From Gammaproteobacteria bacterium (GTDB lineage: Bacteria > Pseudomonadota > Gammaproteobacteria > Eutrophobiales > Eutrophobiaceae), in assembly GCA_963923955.1 (NCBI GenBank), contig OZ000552.1:870271-934270 (forward strand): a stretch of 64,000 nucleotides of DNA, written 5' to 3'. Position 1 is the stretch's first letter; each line of letters opens with the position of its first letter. Both the position numbers and the translations under genes were made by a program. Below the pieces are notes generated by a model. That model had not been told where the DNA came from. It did not search any database and was given only the letters and a program-made list of their open reading frames with translations. Positions 21,111-31,430 of the stretch are shown here, one piece after another.

Positions 21111-21140
21111 AAAAGCCACCGCATAAGGTGGCTTTTTCTC
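21111..21140. terminator. Rho-independent terminator after ssrA (bidirectional, also ends the convergent 577 aa gene)
   Basis: AAGCCACC-gcataa-GGTGGCTT followed by TTTTCT. Confidence 0.6.
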
Positions 21141-21156
21141 CGCACGCCTTGTCAAG

Positions 21157-22890
21157 CTAGGCATTTTGTGCGGCGAATTCTGCGGCGAGTTTTGTCAGTT
21201 CCTCATCCAGTTTGGCCTTGGCCTTTAGCTGGATCTGTTTTTCCATCTCTTCCTGCTCCTGTTGCCGTTTTTGCACTTCTGCCTCCATCGCCTTGCGCGC
21301 GGCAGCCAACTCGGCTTTTAGTTTTTCCGCATTGGCCAGATCATCCTTGACCTTCTGCGCCTGTTTTTCCAGACGCGCCTTTTCACGCTGTAATTTCTCC
21401 GCCACTTCTTTTTTCATCGCTTCGAGCTTTGCCACTTCCTCAGCATTGCGTGAGTAGATCGCCTCCAGCTTTTTCTGCTCCGCCTGCAGGCGTTGTGCGG
21501 CTTTTAGTTTCATCTGTTTTAATTTCGCCTGCTCCTTTGCCCGTAATTGCTGTGCCTCTTGCTCGGCCTGTTTTTTTGCCGCTGCGATCTTGGCATTCTG
21601 TTTTACTTTCTGCTGTGCTGCCTGCGCCTGTTGCTGACCAGCATCCTCTTGTTTGGCCGCAGTCGCCGGCGTCATTACAGCCTTTGCCTCCGGCGCGGGT
21701 GCCGGTGGTGCCTTGGCCTCTGCGGCAGGGGCTACAGCTTGGGGCTTGGGCGCGGCCTGCGGTTTTGGTGCTTTGGGAGTTTGGGTCACTTCCTCCGGCG
21801 GTGCCAGCTCGGGATGGTTGACCAGGCCGCCATCGAGATAGGAGACATTAAAACCCTGGGCGGCGAGGAGAAATGCGCCGGTAGAGCTGCGCCCTCCCGT
21901 ATCACAAAATAATACGTAGGGGACTTCGGTATCGAGCTTTGCCGCCTGCATGCGCAGCATGTCCATGGGAATGTTCATGCTGCCTTCTATGCCGCCCGGC
22001 CTTTCACGCTCCTTTTTGAAGCGGACATCCAGCCACTTGCCGCCGCCGGCAACGGTTTCCTTTGCCGTGGCCAGCGATACCGCGCTCAAGGTCGGCCGTT
22101 TGATGAGCTCAACAAAGTGATCCTTGCTCAGTCTTCCCACCGTGCCTGCGGCTGTCATGCGGACGGTGGCATTGCGAGTCGTATCGGCAATCAGGGCCTC
22201 CTCGCCAAAGCTGTCGCCGACCGAGAGCGTTGCCAGACGCAGGTCCTTGCCGCCGGAAGGCGGCTGGCGCAATACCTCGCATTGGCCCTCTTGGATAATG
22301 TAGTAATAATCACCCGGCTCGCCCTGCTTGATCACAATATCGCCCACCTTGTATTCCATCGGCTCCAGCAGGGTGAAGAGCTGATGAATGTTTGCAGTAG
22401 GGATGGTGGCAAAGATCGCCGACTGGAATATGCGTGTCATCCAGTCAACATCTTCCTCCTCATCCACTTCATTGATTTCAACCTTATCGACTTCCAGATT
22501 ATAGACGGTAGAATCATCCGGCTCGTCTTCCTTTTCATACAGCACCATCAGCTTATCAAGGAAGTCTCGTTCAATGCGAAGAACCACGCTGTTGGTCTTG
22601 GCCAAGGCGGTGAACTGGCGCGGCTGTAATTGCCCCATCGCATACTGGGCCTTGTCCGTGCCGCTGACTATGGTGTTGTGTAATTGATTATTCGCGTGCA
22701 ACTCAACCTCGCCTTCCAGCACATAAAAAGAATAGGCATCACGGTCGCCTTGTTTGAAGATCTTTCCCTTTTTACGGATGTCCAGCAGGCTGGCCTTGTT
22801 CAGCACCTCGGTCTGAACGGCCGGCGGCAGATCATTGATCGGGATCAGCTGGCGCACCAACTCAATATACTTTTCTTTTTCTTCTGCCAT
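21157..22890 (-). CDS. Multidomain protein: two cNMP-binding domains, a rhodanese domain, a Pro/Ala-rich linker and a long KAEQ-rich coiled coil
   Basis: Second cNMP domain has VGDSFGEEALI...RNATV. Rhodanese active-site Cys in VLFCDTGGRSS. PKAPKPQAAPKPQAVAPAAEAKAPPAPAPEAK linker, then about 170 aa of heptad-like KQAEQEAQQLRAKEQ repeats. Confidence 0.75.
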   Translation of the reverse strand: MAEEKEKYIELVRQLIPINDLPPAVQTEVLNKASLLDIRKKGKIFKQGDRDAYSFYVLEGEVELHANNQLHNTIVSGTDKAQYAMGQLQPRQFTALAKTNSVVLRIERDFLDKLMVLYEKEDEPDDSTVYNLEVDKVEINEVDEEEDVDWMTRIFQSAIFATIPTANIHQLFTLLEPMEYKVGDIVIKQGEPGDYYYIIQEGQCEVLRQPPSGGKDLRLATLSVGDSFGEEALIADTTRNATVRMTAAGTVGRLSKDHFVELIKRPTLSAVSLATAKETVAGGGKWLDVRFKKERERPGGIEGSMNIPMDMLRMQAAKLDTEVPYVLFCDTGGRSSTGAFLLAAQGFNVSYLDGGLVNHPELAPPEEVTQTPKAPKPQAAPKPQAVAPAAEAKAPPAPAPEAKAVMTPATAAKQEDAGQQQAQAAQQKVKQNAKIAAAKKQAEQEAQQLRAKEQAKLKQMKLKAAQRLQAEQKKLEAIYSRNAEEVAKLEAMKKEVAEKLQREKARLEKQAQKVKDDLANAEKLKAELAAARKAMEAEVQKRQQEQEEMEKQIQLKAKAKLDEELTKLAAEFAAQNA

Positions 22891-23086
22891 ACTAAACAGC
22901 CTCTACGCTAAAAATGCTCGCCAAGATTATCATAATGAATTTTATCCCGGTTTCAATGCGACACTGCTCATATTCTAATACATCCGGGCTGCGGAGGCAT
23001 AGCCATCATCCTGCGCATTTTCTACGGAAGTAATACTACAGGATTCATCAGGGCAGTGCCAATATCCAGCGCATCCGCCGCTTTGG

Positions 23087-23740
23087 TTAGATACCCAATA
23101 AATGATAGACCAGAGACTGCACGGCGGCGACTGGCGGCCAGAGGAGCTTTCCCAGCACACCCGTTATCAATAAGAGGATAAGGATAACAAGCCCGTATCT
23201 CTCCAGACGGCTGTATTGATATTCAATGCGCGGCGGTAACAACGAGGAGACCACCCGGCTGCCATCCAAGGGAGGAAGCGGCAGGAGATTGAGCACCATC
23301 AAGACGATATTGATCGAGACGCCGGCGAGCGCCATATAAAACATCGGCAGGGCTATGTCTGATAAGGCCCCCTCAAACAGGAGCACCGCCTTTGCCAGCA
23401 GCGCCCAGAAAACCAGCATCAGCAGGTTCGCAGCAGGCCCGGCGAGCGCCACCAGGGCCATGTCGCGCCGCGGTTTGCCCAGGTTGCGCCAATCAACCGG
23501 CACTGGCTTCGCCCAGCCAAAGATAAATGGACTCATTGCCAGCATCAACAGGGGCAGTACTACGGTGCCAAGCGGATCAATGTGTTTGATCGGGTTCAGG
23601 CTCAGGCGGCCAAGCATCTTTGCGGTCTGATCGCCCAGCTTGCTTGCCGCCCAGCCGTGGGCGGCTTCATGCACTGTCACTGCAAAGATGACCGGGATTG
23701 CCCAGATGCAGATCTTTTGAATCAGCGTTAATTCGGCCAT
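23087..23740 (-). CDS. Site-2 protease family (M50) intramembrane zinc metalloprotease
   Basis: HEAAH zinc motif in TM1, polytopic, LDGSRV motif; 217 aa. Confidence 0.8.
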   Translation of the reverse strand: MAELTLIQKICIWAIPVIFAVTVHEAAHGWAASKLGDQTAKMLGRLSLNPIKHIDPLGTVVLPLLMLAMSPFIFGWAKPVPVDWRNLGKPRRDMALVALAGPAANLLMLVFWALLAKAVLLFEGALSDIALPMFYMALAGVSINIVLMVLNLLPLPPLDGSRVVSSLLPPRIEYQYSRLERYGLVILILLLITGVLGKLLWPPVAAVQSLVYHLLGI

Positions 23741-23777
23741 GCGATTGACTTAACAGGTGGCGCCAAAACGGCCCGGT

Positions 23778-24383
23778 TCAGAAGGAAGAATCAGGCTGTT
23801 GCAGGAATGCAATTTCTTCCGCCGTACTTGCTCGCCCCAAAATGGCATTGCGATGGGGATAGCGGCCGAAGCGCTCAATGATGCGCTGATGCCTGAGCGC
23901 ATAATCGAGATTTTCTTCGAAATACTCACGCTCCCCAGCGTCCGCCTCAGCGACAAGGGCACGATATAAGTCCACGCTCTGCTGCTGTCGTTGCAGTGAT
24001 TCGGCATGTTCAAAGGGCAGATAAAAGAAGCTGCGCTCGACTAGTAATAATTGTCTGTCCGTTCCCTTGTTGAGGCCTTCAATCGCAAGTTCTAATGCGA
24101 TGCCATCCTGGCCAAAACTCTTAGGGTCATCCCGGTACATATTGCGGGAGAACTGGTCGGCCAAGATGATCAGGGCCAGATGGCCGCGCGGCTGTGCCTT
24201 CCAGTGCTCCAGTCGGCCCTCGATCAAGCTCTCAAGCGGTGCTGCAAATTGCGCCTTGATCTGTGCATCAAAGGCCGCATCCTTGCGCCACCAGGATTCC
24301 GCCTTTTCTTTTATGATGCCGAGGTTGTCCTGTTTTTTTCCGAACCAGAAATCCAGTACCGACTGATATGCAGGCTGCGCCAT
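23778..24383 (-). CDS. DUF924-family protein
   Basis: 201 aa; family pattern WFGK...DAQIKAQF...GHLALIILADQFSRNMYR. Confidence 0.65.
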   Translation of the reverse strand: MAQPAYQSVLDFWFGKKQDNLGIIKEKAESWWRKDAAFDAQIKAQFAAPLESLIEGRLEHWKAQPRGHLALIILADQFSRNMYRDDPKSFGQDGIALELAIEGLNKGTDRQLLLVERSFFYLPFEHAESLQRQQQSVDLYRALVAEADAGEREYFEENLDYALRHQRIIERFGRYPHRNAILGRASTAEEIAFLQQPDSSF

Positions 24384-24385
24384 GT

Positions 24386-24574
24386 TTATGAGCTTGCCAT
24401 CATGAGCAGCAAGATGACAAACAAGACCACGATGCCTATCGGCACCAGGGCACCCTTCCAGTCCGGGTTCTCCGCCTGTTTACTCTGCTCCAGGGCCCGC
24501 TTTGCACCGGGCCAGAAGAAGAACAGCAGGGCAAAGGCCGCCATCCCTAAAAGGATCTGTTCCCATAATTCCAT
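24386..24574 (-). CDS. Small membrane protein (two TM), hypothetical
   Basis: 62 aa, two hydrophobic segments, 3 bp from the upstream gene. Confidence 0.35.
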   Translation of the reverse strand: MELWEQILLGMAAFALLFFFWPGAKRALEQSKQAENPDWKGALVPIGIVVLFVILLLMMASS

Positions 24575-24745
24575 CTTTAACTCCCGCTCGTTTTCTTTGC
24601 CTTAGATGCCAAGAGCAGGCTTAAGGCAGATGACCCTGATGCCACCGCCGACTCACCTCTGCATCAAAAAAACAGCACAGCCAAAAATATCCATCAACGT
24701 CATGTTGCGCTACACCTTCTCTCTATGCCTGCTTGCGCATACGTG

Positions 24746-25543
24746 CTACCAACTGTTTCTAAGTTCCCGCAACTTGAGAAACACCGTCTTGGGCTCCGGC
24801 TCCTCGGGCAGATCGGGAAACTCCTCGCGTAGTTTGGCGATGACGGACGGGCTTTGCAGCCTGAAAAAGGTATTGATCTCCTTCTCCAGTGCCAGGGTGG
24901 TGACCAGCGCCTTATCAGGGTCTTGCTCGGCGGTCTCTTCGAGCAGCGCCTTGGCGCGCTCGTTGTCGGGTTCACGGGCGAGGGTGAATGCCAGGTTATT
25001 GGCAATATAATCATGGCCCGGATAGATGCGGGTGGCAGCGTCTAATTTTGCCAGTTGCCCGATGAAGCTGTCGTAGAGTTCCTCCGGATGTCCACCGTTA
25101 TGACAATTACCGGCACCGGCGTTAAACAGGGTATCGCCACAAAACAGGGCGGGTTCATCCGTCTTTGACAATAGGCAGACATGCGACATCGTATGACCCG
25201 GCGTATCCAGCACGAGCAGTTCAACATGGCGCCCGACTTTCACTACATCCCCCGCGCTCAAGCCCACATCCATGCCGGCAATGGCCTGGCTTGCGCGGCT
25301 ATGGGCTAATAACTTCGCCGCCGTTGCTGCAATCATTGCTCTATTGCCACCGGTGTGATCGCCATGCTCATGGGTGTTCAGTATCTGCGTAATCCCCCAG
25401 CCCTGCTCCTTTGCCAGGTTTAGGCATTTCGCATGGTCCAAGGGGTCAACCGCCAGGGCCTCGCCGGTCTCAGGACAGGCGATTAAATAATTAAAATTGC
25501 GATAGGCGTTCCCGGTCCAGATCTGTTCAACTATCATTCGCAA
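24746..25543 (-). CDS. gloB: Hydroxyacylglutathione hydrolase-like MBL-fold hydrolase (glyoxalase II type)
   Basis: NFNYLIAC ... THEHGDHTGGN ... YPGHDY motifs matching GloB; 265 aa. Confidence 0.6.
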   Translation of the reverse strand: MRMIVEQIWTGNAYRNFNYLIACPETGEALAVDPLDHAKCLNLAKEQGWGITQILNTHEHGDHTGGNRAMIAATAAKLLAHSRASQAIAGMDVGLSAGDVVKVGRHVELLVLDTPGHTMSHVCLLSKTDEPALFCGDTLFNAGAGNCHNGGHPEELYDSFIGQLAKLDAATRIYPGHDYIANNLAFTLAREPDNERAKALLEETAEQDPDKALVTTLALEKEINTFFRLQSPSVIAKLREEFPDLPEEPEPKTVFLKLRELRNSW

Positions 25544-25608
25544 TCACTCCATTTAAGCTGAGACAAAATTCCCTTGTGTCGTAAGATGGTCTTACCGACA
25601 GAAAGGCG

Positions 25609-26225
25609 CTAATGGCCTTCTGTGTCCTGCTCATCCTTGACCCACTTCCAGCCCGTGATCATGGGGCGGATTAGATTTTCCTTTTTCCAGATGAGGTAAT
25701 AAAAGACCGCCAGCAGATGCAACACCACCAGCACCAGGATACATTTCGACAAAAAGCCGTGCCACCAGGTCAGGCGCCATACTGTGCGCTCACTGACAAG
25801 GTGGGAGAGCGGGCCGGCACCGAAAAAGACATCCGACTCGACAAAAAGCCCCGAGAGCGCTTGGGCGGTCAGCAACACCAGGATCGCAATCACCGACAAG
25901 GCACCGAGCGGATTGTGTCCCCTAAGCCCGCTGGGGCGGCGCCGGCCCAGTGTGCGCAGGTAGGCAAGGAGCACGGAAGGGCGGGGCAGAAGGGCGCGGA
26001 AACGGATCGGGGCCGGCCCGACAAACCCCCAGACAAGCCGAATCGCCATAAGCGCAGGACGGTATAGCCGCAGTAAAAATGCCATTCAATGGTTGTGAAC
26101 GACATAAATTCACCCAGATACCAGCCCACTGACACGACCACTACCAGCACCCAGTGCCACAGACGTGTCAGCGGATCCCAGACCTTTTCTAAGCGACCAC
26201 TCTCCAATGGGCGACCCTTCTCCAA
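25609..26225 (-). pseudogene. Cytochrome b561 / Ni-Fe-hydrogenase-type b cytochrome, interrupted by a -1 frameshift near 26055
   Basis: N-terminal frame 26225..26055 gives KVWDPLTRLWHWVLV...HFYCGYTVL. C-terminal frame from 26055 gives ALMAIRLVWGFVGPAP...GHNPLGALSVIAIL...HLLAVFYYL. The two frames share nucleotide 26055; together about 205 aa. Confidence 0.5.
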
Positions 26226-26231
26226 CGGCGC

Positions 26232-26702
26232 CTACTTTTTCTGAACAAAATTATCATGACAGCCCTTGCAGGCATCGCCTACACCACGCAGATTAGCCCG
26301 CAGCGCATTCAGGCCCTTGCCGGCAGAGCCCGCCAGGGCATCAATCGCCGTCTGGTAGTTTTTGCCGTATTCAGCGATCTCCGGGTAAGTAGTCCATATC
26401 TCCGGCAGCGCGGCGGTCTTGCCGGGGTATTTATCATTCCCAGTGTTGGGCGCCCAGGCGCGGCCCATGTCCAACTCGGTCAAGGACTGCATTTGGCGCG
26501 CAAGGCCGGCCGCCATGTCGGCATCGTAGTCCATCTTGCCTTTCGCCATCGCCACCAGCGGCCCGAAAAAATAAGACCGCAACTCCATCTCGCCCTGACG
26601 CGCCTTGATCAGGTCCAGGTTCGGATCACCCCTGTCGGCAAGACCCGGTGTAGAGACACCAAGCAAGAACAATGCAACAAACAAACTAGTAATTTTTCGC
26701 AT
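26232..26702 (-). CDS. Cytochrome c' (class II c-type cytochrome)
   Basis: Signal peptide, C-terminal haem site CKGCHDNF, 156 aa; adjacent to the cytochrome b561 gene, as in many cycP loci. Confidence 0.8.
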   Translation of the reverse strand: MRKITSLFVALFLLGVSTPGLADRGDPNLDLIKARQGEMELRSYFFGPLVAMAKGKMDYDADMAAGLARQMQSLTELDMGRAWAPNTGNDKYPGKTAALPEIWTTYPEIAEYGKNYQTAIDALAGSAGKGLNALRANLRGVGDACKGCHDNFVQKK

Positions 26703-26784
26703 AACTCATCTCCCGGCTATTTTAGAATAATGATTATCGACCACTTCCCGCCGGAACTCAAGTAATCTTAAAGACAAGGATCGC

Positions 26785-27687
26785 CTAGTTTTCAGGCATT
26801 GCCGCATACAACACTCGCAGGAAGGCCTCCGGGTTCAGGAAGCCGCCGCCCCATTTCTTATCCAAATCCGCATTGGGTTGCATGGCGATGATCTCATCCA
26901 GGGTCTTGCCCTGGTCAAGTAACTTTTGCATGCGATCACGCACCAGGATCAACATAGCGCGAAATTCTTCTAAATCCTGTTTCGTCGCCAGCGGGCCGTG
27001 TCCCGGCATGATCTTTGTCTCGTCATTGGCCATAGCAAGAATACGCCCTGCCGTCTCGATCATGCCATTTACATCACCGCCGCTGGAGGCATCGATAAAG
27101 GGGTATATGCCGTTAAAAAGAATATCGCCCGTATGGATCACATTCGCGGATGTGAAGAAGATCACGCTGTCGCCGTCCGTGTGCGCATGGCTGTGATGAA
27201 CGGCGCGGATCTCCTGCCCGTTCAGGCGGAAGGTGACAGTATCGTTAAAGGTGATCACCGGCAGGGCCGCCTTCGGTGCCGCCGGCACCTTGAGGTTAAA
27301 GGCTTCGATAAAGCCATCCTTGCTCATGCGCTCATAGACATTATCATGCGCCACGATAACAGCGCCCTCCTTGCCGAGATTTTCATTGCCACCGGTATGA
27401 TCAAAATGCCAATGCGTATTGATTACAAAGCGAATAGGTTTATCGGACAACTTTGCAATCGCCGCCTTTATCTTTTCCGTCAAGGGGGCGAATTGATCAT
27501 CAACGAGGAACACCCCGTCCGCACCGACCGAGACGCCGATATTCCCGCCCCGTCCCATCAACATATAAATACCATCCGCCACAGCAACTGTCTCGATACG
27601 AACATCCTGCATATCATCCTGTGCATTGACGCCGACAACAAAAGAAAACAATAATGCAATCAAGGTCAATTTCTTCAAATAGCTCAT
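26785..27687 (-). CDS. Periplasmic MBL-fold metallo-hydrolase (B3-beta-lactamase-like HxHxDH)
   Basis: Signal peptide, NTHWHFDHTGG zinc motif, downstream His-containing motifs (VAHDN, HHSHAH, PGHGP). Confidence 0.7.
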   Translation of the reverse strand: MSYLKKLTLIALLFSFVVGVNAQDDMQDVRIETVAVADGIYMLMGRGGNIGVSVGADGVFLVDDQFAPLTEKIKAAIAKLSDKPIRFVINTHWHFDHTGGNENLGKEGAVIVAHDNVYERMSKDGFIEAFNLKVPAAPKAALPVITFNDTVTFRLNGQEIRAVHHSHAHTDGDSVIFFTSANVIHTGDILFNGIYPFIDASSGGDVNGMIETAGRILAMANDETKIMPGHGPLATKQDLEEFRAMLILVRDRMQKLLDQGKTLDEIIAMQPNADLDKKWGGGFLNPEAFLRVLYAAMPEN

Positions 27688-27740
27688 CTCAATTATTCCT
27701 CCTAAAAAATTATTCGATTTTTAGTCGCGCTCTCTCCTGA

Positions 27741-28019
27741 TCAATGTTCGCAAGACCCTACAGGCGAGCAATGGTAGGTTGATAATTGTACCTCATCATA
27801 TATGCTTGCCGGCATTCCCTCAACAAATACGGCAAAGACTTTCAGCCGGATAACTTTGGTGTCTTGAGTGAGCTGCCGGGCGGTATCAAGGGCAGGTTCA
27901 TCCTCTCGCCGAGCGATGCGCCGGAAATACGGGACCAGGCTGCCCGATTTGACCGGCCAATCAGCCGGCCTCTGGTTAAACAAGGTGCGGTCTGCAAACG
28001 ATAAGGCCAGTCCAGGCAT
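27741..28019 (-). CDS. Hypothetical protein (no recognisable domain)
   Basis: 92 aa ORF 17 nt downstream of the nuclease-like gene; ATG at 28019 (the track uses TTG at 28022); weak RBS. Confidence 0.25.
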   Translation of the reverse strand: MPGLALSFADRTLFNQRPADWPVKSGSLVPYFRRIARREDEPALDTARQLTQDTKVIRLKVFAVFVEGMPASIYDEVQLSTYHCSPVGSCEH

Positions 28020-28039
28020 CAAGGCCTGTGCGAGGCTAT

Positions 28040-28447
28040 TCAGGGAGCGGGCAGTTTGCGAAAGGCCTTGAGGAATTGAGTCTTGCTTTTGAATGAATAA
28101 TGTTCTTTGTGGTCCAGCCTGCGTGTATTTTCACTAAAGGCGGGCATCACACAACCGAAAAACTCACTGCCTACTTCATTTTTCCGGACAAATACAAGCA
28201 CATAATGGATAGAGCTGTCTTTCCATTTGTTCTCTATACATTGAGTATCACTTGCCACCGTTTTAACCTGAATACGATAATACCTCTGGCCCTCGGCTAT
28301 GAGAATATCCGTCTTATGATGATCAAGCAGCGGCATATATACCTCCCAGCCTTCTTGCATAAGCCAGCTTGCAGCGAGTATTTCATAAGATATATTGTGT
28401 GATACTTCACGGGTGCCTGCTTTAATTTCTCTCATCATTTTCGGCAT
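28040..28447 (-). CDS. Solitary PD-(D/E)xK nuclease, paralogue of the R-M-associated nuclease at 11154-11642
   Basis: E-x2-LAASWLMQEGW ... TDILIAE ... RIQVKT aligns with YDLIVE...RVQVKT of the other gene. Start at MPK (28447) with an AGGAGA RBS 6 nt upstream; about 42% GC against about 60% in the flanks. Confidence 0.45.
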   Translation of the reverse strand: MPKMMREIKAGTREVSHNISYEILAASWLMQEGWEVYMPLLDHHKTDILIAEGQRYYRIQVKTVASDTQCIENKWKDSSIHYVLVFVRKNEVGSEFFGCVMPAFSENTRRLDHKEHYSFKSKTQFLKAFRKLPAP

Positions 28448-28527
28448 GATCGTCTCCTGTGTTGTAGTTGCTGTTTCCCGACACAGGCCCGATATAGGAA
28501 AGGATGTCGGGCATTTCATCATGCGCT

Positions 28528-28602
28528 AACACAGGAAAGCACACCCTACTTATTTCCGAGGTGTTGCATTCGGTAGGATACCCGACTGGGGGTTCCTGTG
28601 TT
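28528..28602. other. Nested inverted-repeat element upstream of the solitary nuclease gene
   Basis: Perfect 10 bp inverted repeat AACACAGGAA (28528-28537) and TTCCTGTGTT (28593-28602), enclosing an inner imperfect CCTAC...CCGAG / TCGG.TAGG dyad. Confidence 0.4.
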
Positions 28603-28721
28603 AAACGCAAGATACGGGTTTCTGATGTAAAGAAACCTGTATGTACGGCATCACACGCAAAAAATGAGAATGCAAGCGGTCGTGCCGGGAATTTTTCTTT
28701 TGCCTGATTTAATAAAACAGG

Positions 28722-29930
28722 CTATTTAATTGCTGAAAGTGCCTGCTCTAAATCAAGTATAAGATCTCCCGAATCTTCCAGCCCGATAGACAAGCGCACC
28801 AGGTCATCCGTAATGCCGATCGCGGCGCGTTGTTCGTCCGACAGCCGGTGGTGCGTGGTGGTGGCCGGGTGGGTGATGGTGCTTTTGCTATCGCCCAAAT
28901 TCGCCGTGATGGAAAACAGGCGGGTGTGGTCGATGAACTTCCAGGCCGCCGCCTTGCCGCCGCGCACGGTGAAGCTGATGATGCCGCCAAACCCAGATTG
29001 TTGGGATTTCGCCAATTCGTGTTGCGGGTGATCCGGTAGACCCGGGTAGTAGATTTTTTCCAGGGCCTCTTGTTCACGCAGCCATGCGGCGATGCGCCCG
29101 GCATTCTCACTGTGTGCGCGCATGCGCAGGCCGAGCGTCTCCAGGCCCTTCAAAAAGACCCAGGCGTTAAAAGGACTCATGGACGGGCCGGCGGTGCGCA
29201 GAAAGCCGAAGACATCCTCATTCAGCAATTCCTCGCTGCCCAAAACTGCACCGCCCACGCAGCGCCCTTGTCCGTCCAGATACTTAGTCGCCGAATGGAT
29301 AACCATGTCGGCGCCCAAACGAAAGGGCTGTTGCAGGGCGGGGGTGCAAAAACAATTATCCAAGATCAACAGGCAATCATGTTCGTGCGCCAAGTTTGCC
29401 AGATGAGGAATATCGGCAATTTCCGTGAGCGGATTGGAAGGCGTCTCAAGAAACAGTATGCGCGTCTGTGGGCGGATGGCATCCTGCCAGGCGGCATAGT
29501 CGCTTAGGGGCACGAAACTAGTACTAACGCTAAAGCGCGGCAGGATGTTGTGGAAGAAACCGACTGTGGTGCCGAAGACGCTGCGCGAGGAGACGATATG
29601 ATCGCCGCTTTTCAGCAGGCCGAAACAGGTGGCCGCTATGGCCGCCATGCCCGATGCCGTGGCGATGCAGCGCTCGGCACCTTCCATCGCTGCCAGCCGC
29701 TCTTCAAAGGCGCGCACGGTCGGGTTGGTAAAACGAGAGTAAATATTGCCCGGCTCATCCCCGGCAAAGCGGCGGGCGGCCTGCTCGGCGCTGGCAAAGA
29801 CAAAGCTGGAGCTTAAAAACAGCGGCTCGCTGTTTTCATTTTCCGCCGTCCGCGGCCACCTTGCGCGCACCGCCTTTGTGTTTTGGCCGACCCGGCTGTC
29901 ATCATCCGCGCGCATGTTTCTCTCCTTCAC
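28722..29930 (-). CDS. metZ: O-succinylhomoserine sulfhydrylase (Cys/Met-metabolism PLP enzyme)
   Basis: PLP-lysine context VIHSATKYLDGQG, family motifs SRFTNPT, ETPSNP, GLEDSGDLILDLEQAL; 402 aa (start may be M6). Confidence 0.85.
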   Translation of the reverse strand: MKERNMRADDDSRVGQNTKAVRARWPRTAENENSEPLFLSSSFVFASAEQAARRFAGDEPGNIYSRFTNPTVRAFEERLAAMEGAERCIATASGMAAIAATCFGLLKSGDHIVSSRSVFGTTVGFFHNILPRFSVSTSFVPLSDYAAWQDAIRPQTRILFLETPSNPLTEIADIPHLANLAHEHDCLLILDNCFCTPALQQPFRLGADMVIHSATKYLDGQGRCVGGAVLGSEELLNEDVFGFLRTAGPSMSPFNAWVFLKGLETLGLRMRAHSENAGRIAAWLREQEALEKIYYPGLPDHPQHELAKSQQSGFGGIISFTVRGGKAAAWKFIDHTRLFSITANLGDSKSTITHPATTTHHRLSDEQRAAIGITDDLVRLSIGLEDSGDLILDLEQALSAIK

Positions 29931-30123
29931 GTTTTCTAAAAAAGCGGAAATAGCAAATCGGCGCAGTTACTTCACGGAGACCTTACTGCAAAACCGGCGC
30001 TCGTGTCAATCCGTGCGCTCGGCCTAGGCCGCGGCCAAATCACGCATGGCATAAAATTGCATTTTGTGAAAGACTCCTCAAAGCACAACAACAACGAGTT
30101 CCTATTTTTAAGGAGAGTAAAAA

Positions 30124-31419
<1,296 letters not shown>

Positions 31420-31430
31420 TTGAGCATGAT

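Noticed and set aside
26785-27687. Calling the periplasmic MBL-fold protein a bona fide B3 metallo-beta-lactamase
   Set aside because: Only the generic HxHxDH zinc motif is evident; the spacing of the other ligands does not clearly match B3 enzymes, so kept as a generic MBL-fold hydrolase
29931-30123. SAM riboswitch in the metZ leader
   Set aside because: Could not recognise SAM-I or SAM-II consensus elements by eye; left unresolved, not claimed
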